A stretch of 63,982 nucleotides of DNA, filler included, from Sanchytrium tribonematis (lineage: Eukaryota): the NCBI GenBank assembly GCA_018985235.1. It is 9 parts of 9 records of this genome, joined end to end, with 100 filler letters (N's around TTAATTAATTAA, not from the genome) between each part and the next. Parts side by side here need not be neighbours in the genome. Positions count along the whole stretch, not along the records: positions 28,804 to 35,874 come from JADGIG010000465.1; positions 35,975 to 43,034 come from JADGIG010000466.1; positions 43,135 to 50,183 come from JADGIG010000467.1; 6 more parts are not named here. One strand, written 5' to 3'. How positions within the stretch are numbered: the first letter of the stretch is position 1; the number at the start of each line of letters is the position of its first letter. The notes beneath the pieces are model-generated. The model saw only the letters and a program-made list of their open reading frames with translations. It was not told where the DNA came from and did not search any database. Made by a program: the position numbers and the translations under genes. Positions 33,167 through 43,636 of this stretch are shown here, piece after piece.

Positions 33167-33538
33167 ATGTTATTTACATCTTTGTTATTCGCAATTGCAG
33201 CACCTGCACCAAATGCTGAGACTTCAACGAAACCTCAAGGTGAAGTGCCAAATACACTGGAAAAAAGATCAACACCAGATCCCAAGTCACTACACGCACA
33301 TGGTCGTAATAAACCACACCCACATGGTCAAAAACATCCACACAATCCTGCAGGAAAACCTGGCCAACACCCAATTCAAAAGAGAAGCATCCCTGGTGAA
33401 CAACGGTTGCAAAAGAGAATGTATGGAATGGGAATGATGGGAGGCATGGGAATGGGTGGTCCAATGATGGGAGGAATGGGAATGAGAGGAATGGGAATGG
33501 GTATGCCACCAATGATGGGAGGTTATTATGGTTATTAA
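33167..33538 (+). CDS. Secreted Kex2-type (KR) peptide precursor with His/Pro-rich and Gly/Met-rich peptides
   Basis: Signal peptide with LEKR, IQKR and LQKR sites. Confidence 0.7.
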   Translation: MLFTSLLFAIAAPAPNAETSTKPQGEVPNTLEKRSTPDPKSLHAHGRNKPHPHGQKHPHNPAGKPGQHPIQKRSIPGEQRLQKRMYGMGMMGGMGMGGPMMGGMGMRGMGMGMPPMMGGYYGY

Positions 33539-33626
33539 TATATACGAATAAATCAATTCAATTTTATAAAGACAACGCACATTTTTTCAGATTTTGTGTG
33601 AAATACTACAAGTGGCTTACAATTGA

Positions 33627-35789
33627 ATGGGACACACGACATCTACTTGCATTAGAGGGGACAAACCAGATATAACAACGACAGCTGGATCTAATTTAAG
33701 CGCGTATTATTACTTTGAAGGGGCATCTGTGAGTGATAATAGAACCTATACGCTCTATGTAGATTATGAGAGTGACAAGGAAATCAAAGATGAAGTATTT
33801 GTTTACTATGGAATAGTCCCATTCACCACATATCCAGTCGAACCTGGTAATTTTACGCGTCAACAACTGCATCAAGGAGTATTTGTAAATTTTACAGAGG
33901 GAGATGTACTGGGATATCAAATGGTATTCGAATCGAATAACGTGCAAGAATTGGATGTATTTGAGATTAATGTTAAAAGATTTGAGTTTTGTGAGATTTG
34001 GGATCCAACTATTTGTTATGGCGGATATTACTGCCCACCAGTGACAAATCAGAGTCCAGTACAACACTGTAATCATTACAAAGCAACTGAATATATCACA
34101 AATATTAGAAAAATGGGAAAACGTGGATTTCAAATTGAACAAGACCCATTTACCAGATTTGCGCCACTGAGCCTGTAAGCATCACAATCAATAATAAAAA
34201 CTTGAAACAAACGCAATGTTTAAAATACTTGGGTGTCCATCTCAACACATCCGGAATTGACTATGAGAAAGAAATCAAGCATAAAAAAGCCAAATTGACA
34301 TTCTTGAGCACCAAATTTCATCAATTTTCCACAGGAAATAAGGATGGTAAAAATGAATCTCACAATATTTCACAATTGTTTCATGGTAAATCACTCTTCA
34401 CAAAGGGAGTGATAGAATCCATATTATCCTATGGATTGTCACTATGGAATCCACAAGAATTCCCCAAATTAGAGCAAATTCGCAAAGAAGCTATAAATAA
34501 ATTGTTTTCCCACACACGATTAATTCACGAATATCTGTGCAAATTTCACACAGTTGAAGAATTATATCATAAATCCAGGATATCTAATGAAAAACAGATT
34601 GATTCTCTAATTGATCAACTGAAATCAAATGATTTAAATACCCCCCCCCCCAAAAAAAATACTTTAAAATCTTAAAAAATAATATATCTTTTGCTGAAAC
34701 AACAGCAGAGATGAATCCGTTGATGTATGAGAGTAAGGAGGAGCTGCAGGTTGAGGTGGAGAGAAGATTAGAGAAGATGTGGATGACAAATAATGCGAAA
34801 AGGGGTGGCCAATTACCCTTGAATTCGGCATTAATGGAGATATTGAATAGTCACAAATACCATTATTGCTATTCCCATCACGTGTCGAGATTGGCAATCA
34901 AATTTATTATGGGAGATATGCCTTTTAGAGGTGGTGGTTGCAAAATGTGCCACCAGCCTTATGATTCACTTGAGCATTTCAGCTTGGAATGCACCAATAA
35001 TTATCTGGGATTGGATGAAAGTGAGATATACAGAGTTTTCAATAATGGCTCAGAAGAGCAAATATTCGATTTATTAAAATCCCTGAAATCCATTATAATT
35101 CCAGCTTGAACTGGACAGTAGTTGGTGGGCCTTGTGTTGACTAATTAACCATCAAATAAATGTTTATTATTAAAAAAAAACAAGACCCATTTGAAGTAGC
35201 TGCTAGAAAACATTATAACAAAACAAATGAATTGGATATAGCTGATATTTATGAAAATGATGATAGTGGATATTATGCGCGTATCCCTGTGAGTGATTTT
35301 GGACTAAATTTCAATTTAGAGCCAGAAAAAGAATGGACTTTATTTGCGACATTACATGCAAATGAGCCAATTCCGGGTGTACAAGTAAGATTCAGTGGAC
35401 CAGATAACTATGAATACGAGTACCATTCTCAATATACGATGGAGAAATATGGTATTTATGTCTCAAAACCTGGTTTCAATTTCACTGATATTTTAATTGG
35501 TACTTATGCGAATATGAGTGCAACTGTTGATATTAAATTGTGTAATTCTACTATTTGCTTCAGTAGACAAGGATGTGATCCAGTCACGACAACTTTATCT
35601 AGCTCAGTTGTTAAATCAAGTCTTTTGGACTCTTCATCTCTCCAAAGTAGTCATTCTTCACAAACACAATCGAGTTCTTCACTTACAGCTTGGAGCACTC
35701 CTGTTATTACATCTGTAAGCAAAGCAGCGACCTCTCAAAGCTTGACGCGTTCTAAAACTTGGAGTCGAAATTGGAATTCCAGTAAGTGA
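33627..35789 (+). pseudogene. Host extracellular-type gene split by a LINE insertion
   Basis: Both halves contain QDPF encoded by the TSD. Removing the insert gives in-frame FQIEQDPFEVAARK. Confidence 0.75.
34152..35178 (+). mobile_element. 5'-truncated LINE insertion with poly(A) tail and 14-bp TSD
   Basis: TSD AACAAGACCCATTT at 34138-34151 and 35179-35192. Encodes RT thumb (LKYLGV, ILSYGLSLW) and CKMC..EHFSLEC knuckle, with an A-tail at 35172. Confidence 0.9.
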
Positions 35790-36075
35790 TTTCGGATTAC
35801 TTCCATTTATTGGAGACCATAGTTCCAATCAATGGTCCGTCTACGCTACTTTAAAAGGAGATTCTGGAATTGATNNNNNNNNNNNNNNNNNNNNNNNNNN
35901 NNNNNNNNNNNNNNNNNNTTAATTAATTAANNNNNNNNNNNNNNNNNNNNNNNNNNNNNNNNNNNNNNNNNNNNAAATACGATGTCATTCATGTTGGGGA
36001 TGACGAAGGATATTTATTTGATTTGCACCAATCAAGCGTGTTAAAATAAATGAACTCGTTGCAAAATCAATTCAC

Positions 36076-37122
36076 TTAAGATATGAAATTTATTATTTTT
36101 AATCTAGTATTTGAGTCATGTGTCGCATGGCTAATCATGTATGTCGCTAATGAAGTAGATTTCTTATATAAATCTAGTCGTACAGACTCGATCAATTTGT
36201 AATATTTAAATAACCCCCTTTGGGCCACAAATTCCAACTTAAATTTAATTTTTTGATCTTTATAACTCAATTGAAAATTGCCATTGTCTAAAATAATGGC
36301 ATTGACACCTCCAAATAGCGCAGTTGGCAAATAATTTGATATTTCATATTCCTCCTTTTCTTGGCCCATGTTCACAGTCAATTTCATTTTTGATAATAAT
36401 GTGTCTACCCCATCAGAATCAAATACAAATCTACCCTTTCTAAAATAATATCCATCCAAATCAAATTCAAATGGATGAAAATATTCACCATATCCATATC
36501 CATTTCTACTTAATGCAATTTGCTTGACATCTTTTAAATTGGATATAATTTCCAAATTACAATTCATTACTTTCTCATTTAGACAAACTAATCCAATCTG
36601 TTTTTCATTGACTTCTACACTTTCCTGGTTAGATCTCAAGGTAAATGTGTTGAATTTCTTGACATTATTCTCCATATACCAATAGTTGATTTTCACAGAT
36701 ACATCATTCCACACATGGCAATAAAATTTAGAATTTTCGGATTCTGACATGGCCCAATATTCTGGTAATAATTTATAATTCTCATTTCCCAATTTAAATA
36801 CTTGATATTGTGCTTTTCGGTGAACTGATTTCAATTTAATCACATATCTAGCATTTTCTGATGCATATTTCAATTTGTAATATTTGCTGAATTTAGGTCT
36901 CCAAACTTGAGATTGTCCTAATGAAAGAGCCATATATTTGATTTGACTGTTATAGTGACACACTAATTCAATTTTACCATATTGGGATGTCAAAGCATTT
37001 AAAATAACCCACCAAAACATGTTTAACAATCCCCTTTGCAAAAATGTCGTAATAAATGACGCAATTGTTAAACTGATGCAATTTGACATCATGTGAACAA
37101 TGCACATTGATTTAAAATTCAA
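36076..37122 (-). CDS. Hypothetical (likely secreted) protein, family C
   Basis: 348-aa ORF; YCHVWND..RSNQ.SV..L.C motif shared with neighbour. Confidence 0.55.
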   Translation of the reverse strand: MNFKSMCIVHMMSNCISLTIASFITTFLQRGLLNMFWWVILNALTSQYGKIELVCHYNSQIKYMALSLGQSQVWRPKFSKYYKLKYASENARYVIKLKSVHRKAQYQVFKLGNENYKLLPEYWAMSESENSKFYCHVWNDVSVKINYWYMENNVKKFNTFTLRSNQESVEVNEKQIGLVCLNEKVMNCNLEIISNLKDVKQIALSRNGYGYGEYFHPFEFDLDGYYFRKGRFVFDSDGVDTLLSKMKLTVNMGQEKEEYEISNYLPTALFGGVNAIILDNGNFQLSYKDQKIKFKLEFVAQRGLFKYYKLIESVRLDLYKKSTSLATYMISHATHDSNTRLKIINFIS

Positions 37123-37134
37123 TCAATATATTCT

Positions 37135-37860
37135 TTATTCAAAAACACTCGTTGTAGATTCTCTTAATTTGTCATTTGCGGCATTCAATTCATATTTGTC
37201 AATCAAGTTTTTGCGTTTTCTAAAATGAACTTTAATATTTTCCTTTAATGTGTAATATTGATAAAAATTATCAATTTTTTCCTCTGGGATCTTCAAAGAT
37301 TCTGGATTCTCAATAACTTCCAAATCATTTATCAATTTTGTCTTTTTACTCTCCATTACAAATGATATTTTCTCACCATTTATCTGTAAACTACCCTGTA
37401 CACCATTTGGTAATTTCACAATGTCATTCATTTCAACTTCAAAGGGTTTCTTATCCGTCCCTTCAATCAATTTAAATAGCATCTTAACAGGTTTTTCATC
37501 AGGTTTGTCATTTTCTGAATGTGTTTTGCAATAAATACCATCTTTATCAATTGTAATGTCTTGAAATACAGAATTATATCCATTGAAATTTAAATTTCCA
37601 ACTAATTGTCGAATTGTCACTCCTTTTAGATTTTCATCACTATCATACTGTAATTGGCACTCTACTTTACTTTCATGATTGCAAATCAAAGCAAATGATT
37701 TTGAATCAAATGCCACACTGTCTTGATTGGATCGAATCAACAATGTTTCATATTGTGGATTGGTTAAAACTTTATTCCAACAACTTAATTCCAACATCAT
37801 GTCATTCCATACATGGCAATAATAGTCGGAATCACGGGAATCAATCCATTTGTCATTCAC
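37135..37860 (-). CDS. Family C paralog, 5'-truncated (possible pseudogene)
   Basis: YYCHVWND..IRSNQDSV; starts at GTG with no signal region. Confidence 0.5.
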   Translation of the reverse strand: MNDKWIDSRDSDYYCHVWNDMMLELSCWNKVLTNPQYETLLIRSNQDSVAFDSKSFALICNHESKVECQLQYDSDENLKGVTIRQLVGNLNFNGYNSVFQDITIDKDGIYCKTHSENDKPDEKPVKMLFKLIEGTDKKPFEVEMNDIVKLPNGVQGSLQINGEKISFVMESKKTKLINDLEVIENPESLKIPEEKIDNFYQYYTLKENIKVHFRKRKNLIDKYELNAANDKLRESTTSVFE

Positions 37861-37884
37861 GTGATTTTAAATTGCAATTTATTA

Positions 37885-38734
37885 TTACAAGGGTTTTGAT
37901 ACATAATATTCATCCATTTCTCTAGATTTGATCTCACTGGATTTGCTTTTATTGAAACTCTGTTGATCAATCACTGGCACACTCAATCTGGCAGAATCTT
38001 GTCGATTTAAAGGAGTAAAAAATCGCCGTCTTTGTTTGCAATATTTTACACATCCAATGACTGCAATAATCAATAGAATAAATGATCCGATACTCAATCC
38101 AATAATCAGTCCCAAATTGAGTGATTTGGCGTCATTTTGATCACTCCCACTGAATATTTGCGTATTCACTTGAAATCCCTGTAAAAAGTCATTTCCACAC
38201 GAACGATTGACGGGCAATGTCTTCATTTGCACGACTCCATGAAAAGAATGGATCTGTTTTCATAGTCACAAGCATGAATTGATCAAATGTTTCTTCGTAT
38301 TTTAACATGGTTCGTTGGCAATCTGTACACGGCATTCCTGGATTGGAATTGGATTTGATGGCATTATTTACATCATCCCCATTCGCATATCCCTTGTTAA
38401 TCCAATAATTTAATCTTTCTTGATAGCATAAATTGCCATTTACTCTGGAGCATCTGACATTCCACATATCTCTGCAAACAGTGGCAATATTGGATGGATT
38501 ATTGGTTGAATTGGTGTCTGTAGTGGGAATGGTGTTGATGCATGTATCTAATCGTTGAAATTGATGCAAACATTCAATTTGGCAAATTTTACCCACATTT
38601 TGGTTGATTTCTGATAATGTGGATCCTCTAATTTGATCATATTGACATTCAGTATATAATTCACCTTGACATTGTGATGGAATAAACGTGTTATTGCAAG
38701 TGAATTCCACTGCAAACAGGATGGAAATGAGCAT
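37885..38734 (-). CDS. Cys-rich extracellular type-I membrane protein (frame break near 38200-38260)
   Basis: Two overlapping ORFs: signal + Cys-rich domain, then CGNDF + TM (GLIIGLSIG..) + basic stop-transfer. Confidence 0.55.
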
Positions 38735-38934
38735 CAAACAAGGAGATTTGCCCAATTTGAGATGCGAGTGATTCTCAAATTAGGGTTAAATAAGCTTGCT
38801 CGATGTGATTTGCAACTGCCAACCAACTCAATCACACCAATCAATACTTATTGCAATTGATTTCAAATGGCCAATAATAGAAATAGAATACCCAAGGCAT
38901 GTCTATTTAAACAGCGATATCCCCACTCATTAGG

Positions 38935-39531
38935 ATGTTGATTATCTCACATGTTGTTCTGGCAAACACACTTGAATCTGCTCCAATTATCGATTCTGCA
39001 GGAAATGTCATCAAAGGCAATCCAACTTTCAGCCTGATTGACGCAGAAACCAAACAAATCTTACCCAATGCAGATGCAAATGCAGCAGCAGGATTCGTTA
39101 AATCAGATCATGCCATAGGTTTTTGGGCAACTGGTTATATTGATTTTGATGATGCCAAAATGCAATTATCCAAATTAGGAGAACCTTGTTATCCCTCTAA
39201 AAAGGATACAACATGGTTAAAACCAGATATAGTCTATCAAAATGGTACTATTTTAGTACCTGGATTGGTCAAATCTAGTATCGATGCCCCATCTGGTACT
39301 CCAATCCCAAAAGTGGATTCAAGTGGCAATCCAATCCAATTAAAACCAACTGACAAGGCAGCAGCATGGTTTTCAGCACCTCAAAGTGGATTTGATGCAA
39401 AAAATCCCCAATTTGATGATAGTGGCAATATTTTATATGCTCGCAACAATGAAACACATCCTAGTACTTCTACTAGTAGTTCTTTAGTGGTTCAAATCAC
39501 AACATTGGTTGGATTTATGGTAATGCAATAA
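38935..39531 (+). CDS. Secreted/GPI-like protein with three PxxDxxGN repeats
   Basis: PIIDSAGNV, PKVDSSGNP and PQFDDSGNI; S/T-rich hydrophobic C-terminus. Confidence 0.6.
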   Translation: MLIISHVVLANTLESAPIIDSAGNVIKGNPTFSLIDAETKQILPNADANAAAGFVKSDHAIGFWATGYIDFDDAKMQLSKLGEPCYPSKKDTTWLKPDIVYQNGTILVPGLVKSSIDAPSGTPIPKVDSSGNPIQLKPTDKAAAWFSAPQSGFDAKNPQFDDSGNILYARNNETHPSTSTSSSLVVQITTLVGFMVMQ

Positions 39532-39680
39532 ATTTATGATCTTTTTATATTATTTGGCACTGCTAAATTGACATCACGTCTATTTTATTGTTATATCTAT
39601 TGTTGAATGGAATTGGCCGCAAATCATTAGAATTTAGCTTAAAGAGAATTGAGTAAATATATAATAGTTTATTCTTCTTC

Positions 39681-40010
39681 TTATTCTTCTTCGACTTCAT
39701 CATCAACTTCATCATCAACTTCATCAGCATCATCAGCATCAGCATCAGCATCATCAACATTTTCTGGAAATTGAGGTTTCTTCAAGCCGTTTTCAAAATC
39801 GACCCCACCTAGTCTACTACCAACATCTCTCAAATTAACATCAAGTCTGCTATCACCAAGTCTGCTATGACCATCATACTCATCTTCATCATCATCTCCA
39901 AAAGAATACTTTCTTTTACTCAATGCAGGTGGAGTGCGTGTCTCTTCTACTGCACCTGCATCTCTTTTAATTAATCCTGGCAATGCCAACAATACTGTAG
40001 TCAATAACAT
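39681..40010 (-). CDS. Secreted KR-processed precursor with acidic tail
   Basis: MLLTTVLLALP, IKR and SKR sites, DADA/EVDD repeats. Confidence 0.6.
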   Translation of the reverse strand: MLLTTVLLALPGLIKRDAGAVEETRTPPALSKRKYSFGDDDEDEYDGHSRLGDSRLDVNLRDVGSRLGGVDFENGLKKPQFPENVDDADADADDADEVDDEVDDEVEEE

Positions 40011-40251
40011 TTGTTTTAGAGGGGATCTATTTGGTTTTTGTTTGATCGTGATTGTACAAATATATTCTACACCAATGAGCATATGACATGTGACTCAAGG
40101 GGATACCCCAAAATGACATGATGTACGTGACTATGAAGCATTGCAAATAGATCAATGTACAACTAGTCAATAGTCGTGACAAATGGCGTAGACAGCAAAA
40201 CAGAGAATGTTCTAATGCCTTCCAATCATATGTTGTAAATAGGGTATTTGA

Positions 40252-41892
40252 ATGGACATGGCCCCTCCATGTGCCATATTGATGCTAATACTACTTGTAT
40301 TGTATTCGAGTGTATCCATAGATTGTACAAATATAGTACAATTGGGTATGGGATTAAATGCATCTACAAATTGGATCAAATCTGCAAAAATGGATTGTTG
40401 TGCATCACATGGAATTGAGTGTGTGAATGAGAGAGTCGTGGTGATATCCATGACAAATACGAGTACGTATGGGTATTTGAATGTGAGTTGGTTGCCGAAT
40501 ACATTGGAATCATTGACGATTGATGGGATTGTGACCAATGAAATACGTGATTTACCAGATCAATTGACGAGTTTGACCATTCATGGTGGATTGAATCAAT
40601 CCATATTTGATTTACCATCTAAATTGACGAGTATTAACTTGAAAAACAATAAATTGAGTGGATCCATTGGGAAATGGCCAATTGGGTTAAATACGACTTA
40701 TTTGAGCAATAATGTGTTAAATGGGACATTGTCAGTATTACCAAGCACATTAAATCAAATTGATGTGAGTCATAACCAATTTAATGGCAAATTCCCTACA
40801 TTTCCAAGAAATCTCATGTTTGCATTTATTGGATTTAATCAATTTAGTGGTGATTTGCCAGCTATTTCATCATTTATGATTCATTTACAAGCTAGTAACA
40901 ATCAATTTAGTGGATCGATTCCATCTCTTGCTTCATTAATGTTTATTGATTTGAGTCATAATGAATTTAATGGAAACATTCCAAATATCCCATTTTTTAC
41001 AAGTCATGTCATTTTAAACAACAATTTATTCAGTGGTGTATTACCCGATATGTCATTTGTCACTGTATTAGATGTCAGTTACAATTTATTAAATGGTGCC
41101 ATTTCCAATTTACCAAATTCCATTTCCTCTTTAAATTTACATCACAATCAATTTAGTGGTGAATTGACCAATATCCCATCTGAATTGACATTATTCAATA
41201 TAGAATACAATCAATTCAATGGTGTATTACCCCCATTCCCAAAATTAGCCACTTATATTGCCATTTCCAATAATCAATTTAGTGGTATTTTACATGTCAA
41301 TCACCCTATTTATTTAAATGCATCTCATAATCTATTAAGTGATGTTGTGATTTTCAATACAACGCATTTAAATTCATGTGATTTGAGTGATAATTTGAAT
41401 TTATTAAATTGTACTGATTTCAAATTCAATAATGCCTCTAATTCTACTGATTATTGCACTTTAATCAATCAAGAACCACCTGTTGATATTCCATATATTG
41501 ATATTCCAAGTGACATGACTGATTCTACTGATTTTCAACTCATTTTATCCACCACAACTTATAAAATACCCACTAGAATCTTCAAATCTCCAAAATCAAC
41601 CACATTATCCACCATTCCATCAACAAGTGACTATATTGACTCGTATACATCATTATCCACTGATCTATTATTGGAAATATCCACTGATTTTAATACAGAT
41701 ATCAATAATACACTCAACTCAAATCCAGTTTCACTTCCAAATTTCCAATTTATATTGAGATTGATTATGAGTGCCATGTTGATTGGAATTGTGATTTCTA
41801 GAATGCGATTTAAAAGAGAACATTCCAAGACGAATACTGGGATGAGTTTTCAAACTACTGAATCTGAGAAGAAAGAAATATCATTTATTTGA
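40252..41892 (+). CDS. LRR receptor-like protein (signal, Cys N-cap, plant-type LRRs, S/T stalk, TM, short tail)
   Basis: Repeated xLSxNxFxGxxP; DC..DCC cap; TM LRLIMSAMLIGIVI. Confidence 0.88.
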   Translation: MDMAPPCAILMLILLVLYSSVSIDCTNIVQLGMGLNASTNWIKSAKMDCCASHGIECVNERVVVISMTNTSTYGYLNVSWLPNTLESLTIDGIVTNEIRDLPDQLTSLTIHGGLNQSIFDLPSKLTSINLKNNKLSGSIGKWPIGLNTTYLSNNVLNGTLSVLPSTLNQIDVSHNQFNGKFPTFPRNLMFAFIGFNQFSGDLPAISSFMIHLQASNNQFSGSIPSLASLMFIDLSHNEFNGNIPNIPFFTSHVILNNNLFSGVLPDMSFVTVLDVSYNLLNGAISNLPNSISSLNLHHNQFSGELTNIPSELTLFNIEYNQFNGVLPPFPKLATYIAISNNQFSGILHVNHPIYLNASHNLLSDVVIFNTTHLNSCDLSDNLNLLNCTDFKFNNASNSTDYCTLINQEPPVDIPYIDIPSDMTDSTDFQLILSTTTYKIPTRIFKSPKSTTLSTIPSTSDYIDSYTSLSTDLLLEISTDFNTDINNTLNSNPVSLPNFQFILRLIMSAMLIGIVISRMRFKREHSKTNTGMSFQTTESEKKEISFI

Positions 41893-42725
41893 GTAAATTT
41901 TTTTTCGTTTAATTCGGCTTCAATTGCAAGTAATTCGGTCTTTATTTCTTGTTCGATTTCTGGTGTTTTGGCATCAAATCGAATAGAAAAATCCTTTAAC
42001 TTTTGAAAAAATCTCTTCAAACTATATTGATTTCTACTCGACCATAAGTTTTTCCATTCTTTAGACAGTTTATCAATGTATATATCATTAATTGGATTAT
42101 AATAATTCAAAAAAATTTCGTAACGGTCTTCTTCTTTTTCTTCTACTTTTGTTTCTTCATATGATTGAACATAATAAATATACGCCGATGTGTTGCAATC
42201 CAATAATTTCGAAACAACCTTATGTAATTCATCAATTGAAAGTGAGCGCAGTTCATCCGCTGTTACTATTGGAATTAGATTACTAAATTGCATACGTCGT
42301 CCAAATTTGTACCAGTAGATTGATAACAAATCGTTGTTACTCGAAGTTAGAGATGTGATAAATGTTGCTTTAAGTAATGTCTCTATAAAAGGTTTCAAAT
42401 GCCTCTCGTTTTTACTTTTATGAATCAACACAGAAACATAAATTGAAAAACAATGCTGCGCTTTTTTTAGATCTTCTAAAGGAAGAAAACGTAAACCTAC
42501 ATAACTGATTTTGGGGATACTATTTTCAACTTGTAGCACATTGCCAGTCACTTTATAATGCGCTGACACAATTATTTGATTACATTGATCAACTAAAATT
42601 TGCTCATTCTCTTTATCAAACGGCATATTAGTTAGTGAGGAGGAAATAAGTTTTGGATCTGATACAATAACGCCGGAGTTCCGGTTTGGGACTGCAATCA
42701 ACAACGAGATGAAGAATGTCAACAT
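41850..42725 (-). CDS. Hypothetical protein
   Basis: ~290-aa ORF with hydrophobic N-terminus; 3' end overlaps the LRR gene. Confidence 0.5.
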   Translation of the reverse strand: MLTFFISLLIAVPNRNSGVIVSDPKLISSSLTNMPFDKENEQILVDQCNQIIVSAHYKVTGNVLQVENSIPKISYVGLRFLPLEDLKKAQHCFSIYVSVLIHKSKNERHLKPFIETLLKATFITSLTSSNNDLLSIYWYKFGRRMQFSNLIPIVTADELRSLSIDELHKVVSKLLDCNTSAYIYYVQSYEETKVEEKEEDRYEIFLNYYNPINDIYIDKLSKEWKNLWSSRNQYSLKRFFQKLKDFSIRFDAKTPEIEQEIKTELLAIEAELNEKKFTQINDISFFSDSVV

Positions 42726-42790
42726 GTTTGACGGGCAGGGGTGATAACAATTACACAAAAAAGTTTACTTTCTCAGAGAAAAGAGCTTAT

Positions 42791-42924
42791 ATTGGCAGCC
42801 GTAATAATTTTTCTTTTGTCCAAATCGGTGAAATATTGATGGAGATATTACACAATATATATTTATCCAATCACATTACATCTTTTTATTCACCAATCAT
42901 CTCTCAAAAAACCCATGATCCAAT
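42791..42924 (+). promoter_or_regulatory. CCAAT-box cluster upstream of histone H3
   Basis: CCAAT at 42867, 42893 and 42920, and ATTGG at 42791. Confidence 0.45.
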
Positions 42925-42973
42925 CAAATCACTCAAATCTCCTTTATAATTCTACGATGCCCTCTCTTTAAAA

Positions 42974-43034
42974 ATGGCAAGAACCAAACAAACTGCACGT
43001 AAATCTACTGGTGGTAAAGCACCAAGAAAACAAT
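42974..43034 (+). CDS. H3: Histone H3, 5' fragment
   Basis: Manual translation MARTKQTARKSTGGKAPRKQ; cut by linker. Confidence 0.97.
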
Positions 43035-43264
43035 NNNNNNNNNNNNNNNNNNNNNNNNNNNNNNNNNNNNNNNNNNNNTTAATTAATTAANNNNNNNNNN
43101 NNNNNNNNNNNNNNNNNNNNNNNNNNNNNNNNNNTATTGGAGAAAGAGGTTGGTATTATAGAGGAGGATCTAGCCCCGAAATCTTTAAATGCTATTTATC
43201 AATAAAATGAAGCCCTTGAGACTTTTTTAATGTACAAGATTTAGGGGGTATTGTTGAAACAATA

Positions 43265-43630
43265 ATGTGGCAAAGATATTTTTTTAAGAGATTTCAATCA
43301 TTAAAAGCCACAGGTTCAACTCACTGGACCTACGAAAGAGTGCTAAGTGCAGCTCTACTTCCTTCTGTAGGTTTTGCATTGTATACTGGAGAATTGCCAG
43401 CTCCTTTAAATTACATTACAGTCTCAGCACTAGTGCTTCATTGCCATTGGGGTATAGAGCAAGCTCTGATAGACTACGTACACGTTCGTAAATTTGGCGC
43501 AATCGGGACTAGTGCTTTGTATGCGACCAAAGGTTTATCAGCGTTGACTTTGTTGGGAGGTTGGTATCTTTGCGCACATGATATTCCACTCGAGGGTCTT
43601 AAAGCGTGGTGGCATAGGAACGATTCCTAA
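43265..43630 (+). CDS. SDH4: Succinate dehydrogenase membrane anchor (CybS)
   Basis: GSTHWTYER, LHCHWG and IDYV. Confidence 0.92.
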   Translation: MWQRYFFKRFQSLKATGSTHWTYERVLSAALLPSVGFALYTGELPAPLNYITVSALVLHCHWGIEQALIDYVHVRKFGAIGTSALYATKGLSALTLLGGWYLCAHDIPLEGLKAWWHRNDS

Positions 43631-43636
43631 TAAAAT

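Noticed and set aside
38170..38270. A further tiny intron repairing the frame (16- or 22-nt GT-AG candidates)
   Set aside because: Two alternative candidates exist and there is no conserved motif to decide; a simple frameshift is equally plausible.
39680..39760. (CATCAG/CAT)n microsatellite and overlapping Met/Leu-rich ORF 39563-39760
   Set aside because: It is the coding acidic tail of the 39681-40010 gene; the other ORF is an alternative-frame shadow.
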